Origin: a bacterium
GTDB lineage: Bacteria > Bacillota > Clostridia > Christensenellales > Aristaeellaceae
Direction: 5' to 3'
DNA: 64,000 nucleotides
NCBI GenBank assembly: GCA_963643985.1
Contig: CAVINP010000001.1
Span: 34-64,033, forward strand
The first letter of the stretch is position 1. Each line of letters starts with the position of its first letter. A model generated the notes under the pieces. It did not search any database. It was not told where the DNA came from and worked only from the letters and a program-made list of their open reading frames with translations. A program made the position numbers and the translations under genes. This document shows, piece by piece, positions 20,171-27,477 of this stretch.

Positions 20171-21214
20171 ATGAACGGAGAAATGAAAACTGCGATTATG
20201 ATGGGCGTGGGGAAGATGGGCATCGAAATGCGGAAGATTCCCGTTCCCCGCGACAACGAAGTACTTGTAAAGATAGAAAATGTGGGCATCTGCGGCTCCG
20301 ATCTGCATTATTACGAGATCGGACGCGGCAGCTGCGGCGAAATCAGGTATCCATTTGTGTTGGGCCACGAATCCGCCGGAACGGTCGTTGAAGTCGGCAA
20401 GGATGTCACTTCGCTGAAGATCGGCGACCGGGTCGCACTGGAGCCCGGCACCACCTGCGGCGAGTGCGAGTTTTGCAAGAGCGGCCGCTACAACCTTTGC
20501 GAAAAGGTGCGCTTCTTTGCTACTCCGCCGATCGACGGCGTGTTCCAAGAGTATGTAGCGCATGAAGCAAACATGTGTTTCAAGCTCCCGGATAGCGTAT
20601 CCACCGAGGAGGGCGCACTGATAGAGCCGCTTGCGGTCGGCTTCCATGCCGCACGTCAGGGTGGCGCCGAGTTCGGCAAGACGGCCGCCGTCATGGGCGC
20701 GGGCTGCATCGGTCTGGTGACCATGATGTCTCTGAAGGCACTGGGCGTATCCGAGGTCTATATCGTCGACGTGATGCAGAAGCGCCTGGATACCGCCGTG
20801 AACCTGGGCGCAACGCTTGCCGTCAACAGCAAGGAAGTCGACCCGGTTGAGAAGATCAGACAGCTGACGAACGGCCGCGGCGTGGACATCGTCGTTGAGT
20901 GCTCCGGCGTTGAAATTTGCGCCAATCAGGGCATCGGGATGCTGGTGCGTGGCGGAACGCTGGTGCAGGTCGCCTACAGCCGTTCGGGCATGATGAACCT
21001 GAACACGGGCCTCATCTGCGACAAGGAGCTGACGATCAAGAGCGTCTTCCGCTATCGTCACATCTATCCGCTGGCCATCAAGGCCGTGGCCGAGGGCAGA
21101 ATCAACCTCAAGGGCATCGTCACCAATCGCTTTGAACTGGATGACATTCAGAATGCCATGGACAGCTGCGCTCACGACAAGGTCAACATCGTGAAAGCCG
21201 TCATCAGAATGTGA
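20171..21214 (+). CDS. Zn-dependent polyol dehydrogenase (sorbitol / L-iditol dehydrogenase-like)
   Basis: GHESAGTVVEVG, CGECEFCKSGRYNLC and GAGCIG motifs. Confidence 0.9.
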   Translation: MNGEMKTAIMMGVGKMGIEMRKIPVPRDNEVLVKIENVGICGSDLHYYEIGRGSCGEIRYPFVLGHESAGTVVEVGKDVTSLKIGDRVALEPGTTCGECEFCKSGRYNLCEKVRFFATPPIDGVFQEYVAHEANMCFKLPDSVSTEEGALIEPLAVGFHAARQGGAEFGKTAAVMGAGCIGLVTMMSLKALGVSEVYIVDVMQKRLDTAVNLGATLAVNSKEVDPVEKIRQLTNGRGVDIVVECSGVEICANQGIGMLVRGGTLVQVAYSRSGMMNLNTGLICDKELTIKSVFRYRHIYPLAIKAVAEGRINLKGIVTNRFELDDIQNAMDSCAHDKVNIVKAVIRM

Positions 21215-21225
21215 TTATATTATTC

Positions 21226-21260
21226 GAGGCTGCTGCAAAACTTGCAGCAGCCTCTGCTTT
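21226..21260. terminator. Bidirectional terminator between convergent genes
   Basis: GAGGCTGCTGCA-AAACT-TGCAGCAGCCTC is a perfect 12-bp stem, followed by TGCTTT. Confidence 0.75.
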
Positions 21261-21273
21261 GCCGGTCGCACCT

Positions 21274-21909
21274 CTATCTGATCGTCTTTTGCACAAACAT
21301 ATTTCCTTCGACCAGTATGTCCGAGAAGTTGCCGATGCCGCCGTAGCTGTACACCAGTGCGCTGCCGTCATCCTTTGCCACGATCACGCGTATGCCCGCC
21401 ATGGTGTGGCCGTTGGGGGAGGTCAGCAGGCCTTTGGCGCAGAGACCGTCGATTTGGGCAGTGGCCGACCAGACGGTAATTGTCTTCCCTGCCAGATCGG
21501 TTTCGTACTGTGCCTTCGCTTCGGCATAGCTCTGCATGCTTATTTGCAGAAAGCGGTTTGCGCTCTCCGCGGCAAAGCAGCTGCCGTTGTCCTGCACAAT
21601 GTGGTTCTTGCCGAGTAGATCCTCCCGATCGATGCTGTAGACGCGACCCAGGGCGGCCTTTACGCGGCTGATTCCGTATTCGCCGCCGCGGCCGTCCAGC
21701 AGGGCGCTGTCGTCCAGCGCATCATCTATGACGGTCAGATTCGTGCCGTCCCAGTACAGGCTTTTGCGGTCGTTTGGCACGTCCGCTTCCATCATTTCGA
21801 TATATTTTGCACTATCCATGCTCTGTGTTCCTCCGTTTTCCTCGGCTATACCCGTTATCGGGAGCAGTGCCGCGATTATTGCGGCGATCAGCCTGCACTT
21901 CATATTCAT
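21274..21909 (-). CDS. Secreted hypothetical protein; candidate partner or immunity protein of the upstream toxin
   Basis: The ATG at 21909 overlaps the toxin stop (ATGA). Signal-peptide-like MNMKCRLIAAIIAALLPITGIAEE. I recognise no family. Confidence 0.6.
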   Translation of the reverse strand: MNMKCRLIAAIIAALLPITGIAEENGGTQSMDSAKYIEMMEADVPNDRKSLYWDGTNLTVIDDALDDSALLDGRGGEYGISRVKAALGRVYSIDREDLLGKNHIVQDNGSCFAAESANRFLQISMQSYAEAKAQYETDLAGKTITVWSATAQIDGLCAKGLLTSPNGHTMAGIRVIVAKDDGSALVYSYGGIGNFSDILVEGNMFVQKTIR

Positions 21910-22946
21910 ATCGGCCACCAGCTTCTGTTTGCCTTGCGGACGATATTCTTGAATTCCTTGTAGGCGTTGGGGAAGACCTCCCTGAGGTAGCTGAGCTTTG
22001 TAGCATCTGTTGACATGCTCGCCTCAAAGAAGTGCGCAAAGGCCTCGTTGTTTATCTTGTCGGGTATGCCGTGCTCCGTTGCCCCCTGCCAGTAGGATGT
22101 ATTGTGCAGCCAGTAGCCGACGCATTCGTTTTGTGTCAGGCCGCCGACAAGGTCGGAGACTCCGTTTTTGTTGTTGCCGTCGGTACAGAGCCAGTCCTCG
22201 ATAATGTCATAGGCTTCGTCTCGGCTGCAGCTGTTTTGCTTCATGACGTTGTTCACATAGTTTTCAAAGTCGTTTTTGAGGGCCGTGGAAAAGGACTTGG
22301 AAGAGGACGAATCGCCGGGCCAATGGGTGTAGTCGTCGACCATGTGTCCGACCTCGTGAAAATAGGTGGAGCATTCGCCGCGTTTATTTTTCAGATCGTC
22401 CTGCCAATTGTAGTAGATGCGGTTTAGCAGCGGATTATAATAGGCACCACCCGCCTGGGTATCGCTGCCGATGTGAATCTTCTTTTTGAATCTGTCGTAA
22501 AGCCTGGCCACTTCCCGGTCGATCGCATTGTTGCGGCGGTTCTGCACGCGAAGATCGTAGTCCGCCTTCGTCAGGCCGAAGGTAAAGCTTGACGAGATAA
22601 CGGTCGAATTTTCGACGCTCAGGTTCGCCGCAGACATTGCGATATCCGTATTTTCGCCCGTACTTTCTGCCGAGAAGCGCCCGATCATAGCCGTCTCCGC
22701 CGCTTCAAAGGTCGCCTTCGCCTTTCCGATGGCAGCAGACATGTCCCGGGCTTTCTGCGCAACGGCATTTGCATTCTTTTTCCCGGCAAGTATCTTATCC
22801 GCAGCACCGGTCTTGGTCCACCACGCTTCACTCGTATCCACGCGGGCGAGCAGGGCTGCGACATCCTCAAGTACACCTTCGAGCTTTTCACACTGCGCCG
22901 CGGCAGCGGTCAGCGCCTCAGAGCTGTATCTGATATGATCGTTCAT
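21906..22946 (-). CDS. Putative polymorphic toxin: LXG-like helical N-terminus plus HExxH zincin (anthrax-LF/M34-like) C-terminal domain
   Basis: L22-E23-G24 lies in the first helix. HEVGH is encoded at 22344-22358, within YFHEVGHMVDDY. A downstream NNEAFAHFFE supplies a candidate third ligand Glu. GGGGGTG RBS. Confidence 0.65.
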   Translation of the reverse strand: MNDHIRYSSEALTAAAAQCEKLEGVLEDVAALLARVDTSEAWWTKTGAADKILAGKKNANAVAQKARDMSAAIGKAKATFEAAETAMIGRFSAESTGENTDIAMSAANLSVENSTVISSSFTFGLTKADYDLRVQNRRNNAIDREVARLYDRFKKKIHIGSDTQAGGAYYNPLLNRIYYNWQDDLKNKRGECSTYFHEVGHMVDDYTHWPGDSSSSKSFSTALKNDFENYVNNVMKQNSCSRDEAYDIIEDWLCTDGNNKNGVSDLVGGLTQNECVGYWLHNTSYWQGATEHGIPDKINNEAFAHFFEASMSTDATKLSYLREVFPNAYKEFKNIVRKANRSWWPI

Positions 22947-22958
22947 GATGCACCCCCG

Positions 22959-23264
22959 CTATCCGCCGAAGCTGCGGGCCAGCTCGGCATCCCGCTTTTC
23001 AAGTTCTTCCGCAGAGCGTATCAGCGCGTTGCAGGTCTTTGTCAATTGACTGTGAAGCTTCCTGACATCGCCCCTCAGCGACAGAAGCGAGGCATCCAGC
23101 GCGTCTGCGGCAGCGCCTGCAAATTCGCCGTCCAGCACCTCACGCGCCTTGTCCGCGCCCGGCAGCGCCGCCCGGGCCAGCAGGTCGCAGCACTGTCTGA
23201 TCTTCTCAGCCTCCCTGCGGATCTGCGCCGAATCGTATTCGTATGCTTCGCCCACGTGCCTCAC
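22959..23264 (-). CDS. Small helical protein of WXG100/Lap-helper size, first gene of the toxin cassette
   Basis: About 98-101 aa, Ala/Glu/Arg-rich and predicted helical. GTG starts at 23264 or 23255; GAGGTG RBS. No clear WxG motif. Confidence 0.55.
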   Translation of the reverse strand: MRHVGEAYEYDSAQIRREAEKIRQCCDLLARAALPGADKAREVLDGEFAGAAADALDASLLSLRGDVRKLHSQLTKTCNALIRSAEELEKRDAELARSFGG

Positions 23265-23295
23265 CTCTTGTGTTATGTTTGTGATTCTTATTTAT

Positions 23296-23324
23296 ATTAT
23301 ATGGCATAATGCGGGCTGCGTCAA
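23296..23324 (-). promoter_or_regulatory. Sigma-70/SigA-type promoter of the toxin cassette
   Basis: Minus strand reads TTGACG (23324-23319), a 17-nt spacer, then TATAAT (23301-23296). Confidence 0.7.
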
Positions 23325-23425
23325 TGGTAATTTGCGGGGAAAATACGGCCGCTCACGAGCAGAAACAGGACCTCTTGCGCAGGTTCTTTTGTTTGACAGA
23401 GAATTTTGCCATCTCTTTATTTCTT

Positions 23426-24124
23426 TTATTCCGAATTGTCCGAATCGTAGAGATCTTCCTGCGTTTCGCAGGGGGTGGGGCCGATGCCGTTGATTTCGCG
23501 GTAGATGCTCTGCATTTCACGATCCAGCGCCGCGGAGATCTCCGCGCACTTTTGCAGCCGTCGCCTGAGCAGCACGGTCGTCTCCTGCTCGGACTTGTAC
23601 CTGAGCTGATGCTCCAGCGAGGCCCAGAAGTCCATGGCCAGCGTGCGTATCTGTACCTCCACCGGCACGAGCTCGGTATGGCTGGAGAGGAAGACCGGTA
23701 TGCGTACCACCAGATGCAGACTGCGGTAGCCGGATTCCTTCGGGTTTTCGATATAGTCGTCGCGCGAAACCAGCTCCACGTCGCGCTGATGTACCAGCAG
23801 TTCCGCGATGCGGTAGATGTCGTCCAGATAATTGCAGACGATGCGCACGCCCGCAATGTCCGTCAGGTTCGCCTCGGCGCTCTCCAGCGTCTGCGGATAG
23901 CCCTTGCGCCTGAGTTTTTCGTGAATGCTGGCAGGGGATTTCAGGCGCGAGTCGATGTGATGGATGGGGTTGCGCGCATAGCGGACGCTGAACTCCGCAT
24001 CCAGTACTTCAAGTTTGGTGCGCACCTCGCGAATGGCGCCGTCATAGAGCTGCATCAGTTCGCGGTAGCGCTGCTGATAATCCTGCGTGCTCAAGCGCTC
24101 CACAGGGGTCAATGCATTTTCCAT
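23426..24124 (-). CDS. Small alarmone synthetase (RelA/SpoT-domain GTP pyrophosphokinase, RelP/RelQ type)
   Basis: ...DIAGVRIVCNYLDD...ESGYRSLHLVV...VEVQIRTLAMDFWASLEHQLRYK matches the RelP/RelQ (YwaC/YjbM) synthetase core. 232 aa. Confidence 0.9.
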   Translation of the reverse strand: MENALTPVERLSTQDYQQRYRELMQLYDGAIREVRTKLEVLDAEFSVRYARNPIHHIDSRLKSPASIHEKLRRKGYPQTLESAEANLTDIAGVRIVCNYLDDIYRIAELLVHQRDVELVSRDDYIENPKESGYRSLHLVVRIPVFLSSHTELVPVEVQIRTLAMDFWASLEHQLRYKSEQETTVLLRRRLQKCAEISAALDREMQSIYREINGIGPTPCETQEDLYDSDNSE

Positions 24125-24182
24125 TTCAAAACCTCCGACTGCAAGTATAAAGGTTCAATATAAACTTTTCATAAACAGGCAC

Positions 24183-24211
24183 TTTTCACGCTTGGACGGA
24201 TGGGCTATAAT
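24183..24211 (+). promoter_or_regulatory. Candidate promoter of the OmpR/kinase operon
   Basis: TTTTCA, a 17-nt spacer, then TATAAT (24206-24211), about 58 nt upstream of the ATG at 24269. Confidence 0.4.
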
Positions 24212-24268
24212 TGTTCATATACGGTTTAAATCCGGAGCGCAAAATAGATAATGCGAGGTGACGCATTC

Positions 24269-24943
24269 ATGTTTCATATACTGGTGGTCGAGGATAACCC
24301 CAACACGCAAAAGCTGATGCAGAAAGTGCTCAGCCAGAACGGCTACGAGCCCCTGAGTGCTTCGGACGGCATAGAGGCGCTGGAAGTGCTGGACAAAAAG
24401 CACGTGGACCTGATCGTGCTGGACATCATGATGCCGCGCATGGACGGCTATGAGTTTACACAGGAGCTGCGCGAGTCCGGCTGCGAGATTCCGATACTGA
24501 TGGTCACCGCCAAGGAAAAGCCCGCGGACAAGCATCGCGGTTTTCAGATCGGCACGGATGACTACATGGTCAAGCCCGTCGATGAAGAGGAAATGCTGCT
24601 GAGAATCGCCGCACTGCTGCGCAGAAGCCGCATCGTCAACGAGCATCGTCTGGAGATCGGCAACACCACTTTGGACTACGATGCGCTCAGCGTCATATCG
24701 CCCGCGGGTAAGATGGAGCTGCCGCGCAAGGAATTCATGCTGCTGTTCAAGCTTCTCTCCTATCCGAACAAGATCTTCACGCGCCGCCAGCTGATGGACG
24801 AAATCTGGGACATGGACAGTGAGTCCGACGAGCGAACGGTGGACGTGCACATCAACCGCCTGCGCGACCGTTTCCGCGGCAGTGACGATTTTGAGATCAT
24901 CACCGTGCGCGGGCTGGGCTACAAGGCGGTGAAGCGCGAATGA
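24269..24943 (+). CDS. OmpR-family response regulator
   Basis: MFHILVVEDN...LIVLDIMMPRMDG receiver. Winged-helix C-terminus ...VDVHINRLRDRF...GLGYK. Confidence 0.9.
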   Translation: MFHILVVEDNPNTQKLMQKVLSQNGYEPLSASDGIEALEVLDKKHVDLIVLDIMMPRMDGYEFTQELRESGCEIPILMVTAKEKPADKHRGFQIGTDDYMVKPVDEEEMLLRIAALLRRSRIVNEHRLEIGNTTLDYDALSVISPAGKMELPRKEFMLLFKLLSYPNKIFTRRQLMDEIWDMDSESDERTVDVHINRLRDRFRGSDDFEIITVRGLGYKAVKRE

Positions 24944-26010
24944 AAAAGAAGGACCGGCTGCGCCGCAAGCTGGACGAGCTCAACCGCAAGGTGACGCTGA
25001 GCCGGCTGATGCTCGTGGTGATACTGGCCATACTGATCAATGCCTTCCTGATGACCAGCACGTCCTACATGCTGATGCTGCGCACGGGCTTTATGAAGTC
25101 GCTGATGACCGGCACGTTCTGGCCGCTGCTGCTGGTGCTGCTGTGCGTCTGCTTTGCCATACTGCTCACGGCCTTCTTTGTGGGGCAGAAGCTCACGCCG
25201 CTCAACAAGGTCAACGAGGCCATGAAGCAGGTCGCCCGCGGCGATTTCAGCGTGCGCGTGGACGAGAGCAACTGCGTTGGCGAGATGCACGATCTGGTGG
25301 CCAGCTACAACCACATGGCGCAGGAACTGGGCGGAATCGAGATGTTCCGCACGGACTTTATCAACAACTTCAGCCACGAATTCAAGACGCCCATCGTGTC
25401 CATACGCGGCTTTGCCCGCCAGCTCGAGCGCGATGATCTCTCCGAGGACGAGCGGCGGGAATACGCACGCATCATCGCCACGGAGTCCGAACGCCTGGCG
25501 CGGATGTCGGCCAATGTGCTGCTGCTCACCAAACTGGAAAACCAGCAGATCATCACCGACAAGGAAAGCTACCGCCTGGACGAGCAGCTGCGAAACTGCA
25601 TACTGCTGCTGGAAAAGCAGTGGGAAGACAAAAACATAGAGATGCAGCCGGATCTGGACGAGATAAGCTATGAGGGCAACGAGGAGATGATGTCCCACAT
25701 ATGGGTCAACCTCCTGAACAATGCCATCAAGTTTTCAGACGAGGGCGGCGTGATCGAAGTGGGCTGCATGCGCGTGCAGTCCTTCATCGTGGTGCACGTG
25801 ACCGACCACGGCAAGGGCATGGACGAGGTGACGCGCACGCGCATATTTGAAAAGTTCTATCAGGGCGATACGGCCCACGCCACCGAGGGCAACGGCCTGG
25901 GGCTGGCACTGGTCAAGCGCATCGTCGATCTCTGCGGCGGCAAGATCACCGTCACGAGTGCGCCCGGCGAAGGCTCCTGCTTCTCGGTATACCTGCCGGT
26001 GGAGGAGTAG
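24940..26010 (+). CDS. Sensor histidine kinase (HisKA + HATPase_c)
   Basis: ATGA overlap with the regulator. Two N-terminal TM helices. H-box [10 protein letters not shown]-box [11 protein letters not shown]-boxes DHGKGM and GNGLGLALV. Confidence 0.9.
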   Translation: MKKKDRLRRKLDELNRKVTLSRLMLVVILAILINAFLMTSTSYMLMLRTGFMKSLMTGTFWPLLLVLLCVCFAILLTAFFVGQKLTPLNKVNEAMKQVARGDFSVRVDESNCVGEMHDLVASYNHMAQELGGIEMFRTDFINNFSHEFKTPIVSIRGFARQLERDDLSEDERREYARIIATESERLARMSANVLLLTKLENQQIITDKESYRLDEQLRNCILLLEKQWEDKNIEMQPDLDEISYEGNEEMMSHIWVNLLNNAIKFSDEGGVIEVGCMRVQSFIVVHVTDHGKGMDEVTRTRIFEKFYQGDTAHATEGNGLGLALVKRIVDLCGGKITVTSAPGEGSCFSVYLPVEE

Positions 26011-26025
26011 AGGAGATACATACAT

Positions 26026-26069
26026 AAGGCTGCGGGAAGCGAATCTGTGCTTCCTGCAGCCTTTCTTTG
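26026..26069. terminator. Terminator between convergent genes
   Basis: AAGGCTGCGGGAAGC...GCTTCCTGCAGCCTT forms a 15-bp stem with one mismatch, followed by TCTTT. Confidence 0.7.
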
Positions 26070-26145
26070 GTTCATCACGGAAAGCCCGTGGGATCATTAA
26101 CTTGACAACTGTGCGTAAGTCCGTACAGTTCCACTGACCGCTCCG

Positions 26146-27063
26146 TTACTCGATTTCCTCGTCATCCAGACCGCGGCGCATGGGAATGTCCAGCGGCGCG
26201 TCCATATTGCCGCGGCGGCGGTGCGCACGCTGCACCTGCACGGCGTGCTCCATGGAGACCGCGCTGGCGGAGAGTATGCGCCGCATCAGCATGGTGACCA
26301 CGCGCTCCAGTTCGCTGCCGGAGCGGTAGTCCGTCTCCACGGAGAAGTCCGCGCGGTTCTGCAGGAGCATATCGTCCGCGACATCGGTCTGTCCCGGCGG
26401 ATGCACGGCGATGGAAAAGCCGCCCTTCTGGCGTGTCATCTTCATGCAGGGCACGTCCGTCAGGCCGTCGGCGATGTAGATCATGTTCGAAAACGGCACG
26501 CGGCGCATGTACTCGGGCGTGAAGGCGTTGAGGTCCTTGTCGTTGGTCACGTCCAATATGCCCTTGTTGATGCGGAAGAGGTACTGCGTCTTGGTGGTGT
26601 AGTTCACCGCCGAGGACGGCCAGACGGGGCGGCCGTCGTCATCGTAGCAGAAGGATGCGGCGAAGATCGCCTTGAACTCGTGGCCGATGCGCGAACCCTC
26701 GATGATCTCCTTGAGACCCGAGGATATGATGTAGTGCTCCACGTCCACACCGATGTCCGCACCGATGGCGCGTATGCGGGAGAACCAGCCCTCCACGCCG
26801 GGGAAGAAGGCCACGCCCTGCCCCAGCTCGCGCAGCGTGTCGCGCGTCAGGTTCATCGTGCCCTGCGCCATGTGCTGCATCAGGTACATGTAGGTCAGTA
26901 TGCCGTCCATCTCGTGGCGGCGCGAAAACTCGGCGCACTTGCCCCAGAATTCGTCCGGTTCGACACCGATGCCGGGCATGAAGGTGTATTCCTCCATGTC
27001 GCGGGGCGAGAGCGTCTTGTCAAAATCGTAGATCAGTGCAACGATCGGTCTGGCCATGGGCAT
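26146..27063 (-). CDS. HAD-superfamily hydrolase-like protein
   Basis: N-terminal DxDxT motif in LIYDFDKTLSP. 305 aa. Confidence 0.7.
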   Translation of the reverse strand: MPMARPIVALIYDFDKTLSPRDMEEYTFMPGIGVEPDEFWGKCAEFSRRHEMDGILTYMYLMQHMAQGTMNLTRDTLRELGQGVAFFPGVEGWFSRIRAIGADIGVDVEHYIISSGLKEIIEGSRIGHEFKAIFAASFCYDDDGRPVWPSSAVNYTTKTQYLFRINKGILDVTNDKDLNAFTPEYMRRVPFSNMIYIADGLTDVPCMKMTRQKGGFSIAVHPPGQTDVADDMLLQNRADFSVETDYRSGSELERVVTMLMRRILSASAVSMEHAVQVQRAHRRRGNMDAPLDIPMRRGLDDEEIE

Positions 27064-27079
27064 GCTTCCTTTCTTTTTT

Positions 27080-27244
27080 TAGAGCGTGTTTCTAAATTCG
27101 CCACGATGCATTTTCGGCGTCTTTGCCTGCATTTCTGCGTTGATTTCCCTTGATTTACCTCCAGTAAACCTGCGGAAAATCGCCTTGAACTGCAAGCAAA
27201 TCCACTCGAAACTGCACATGTCTCATTTTAGAAACACACTCTAG
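27080..27244 (+). mobile_element. MITE-like element, M-type, copy 1 (165 bp, 17-bp terminal inverted repeats)
   Basis: 100% identical to 56046-56210. Left end TAGAGCGTGTTTCTAAA matches the reverse complement of the right end TAGAGTGTGTTTCTAAA at 16 of 17 positions. Bounded by TA dinucleotides. No ORF. Confidence 0.8.
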
Positions 27245-27340
27245 GTTCATCACGAAAAATTGGGGGATCTATGCTGTGTCGTACTTCCGGCGCACTCCTT
27301 CCGGCACTCGCGGCACCGCAGCGACTGAGGGAGTGTCGGT

Positions 27341-27386
27341 AATTCATCACTGCTCAGCTTACCGCCTCATTTAATCAGTGTATCCC
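27341..27386 (+). repeat. Solo right-end fragment of the C-type repeat
   Basis: AATTCATCACTGCTCAGCTTACCGCCTCATTTAATCAGTGTATCCC is about 90% identical to the right end of 45843-46004. Confidence 0.65.
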
Positions 27387-27433
27387 TGGTCACTGGTCGC
27401 TGGTATCTATACACTATTGCCCCACACAACACA

Positions 27434-27461
27434 GGGGGCAGCCCCTGTGCAGACTGCCCCC
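27434..27461 (-). terminator. Candidate terminator of the zinc-ribbon/PG-binding gene
   Basis: GGGGGCAG (27434-27441) pairs with CTGCCCCC (27454-27461), 17 nt downstream of the stop. Only a weak U-rich tail follows on the minus strand. Confidence 0.45.
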
Positions 27462-27477
27462 TTGATAATCGTATTTG

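Noticed and set aside
23426-24124. The small alarmone synthetase as a toxic toxSAS toxin-antitoxin module, given its position beside the toxin cassette
   Set aside because: Its length and motifs match housekeeping RelP/RelQ enzymes. No small antitoxin ORF is adjacent or overlapping. The promoter at 23296-23324 and a hairpin at about 23370-23388 separate it from the toxin cassette.
27131-27184. 17-codon ORF (MQAKTPKMHRGEFRNTL) on the minus strand inside the MITE
   Set aside because: It has no RBS and is very short. Its stop codon lies within the terminal inverted repeat at the element end. It is most likely fortuitous.
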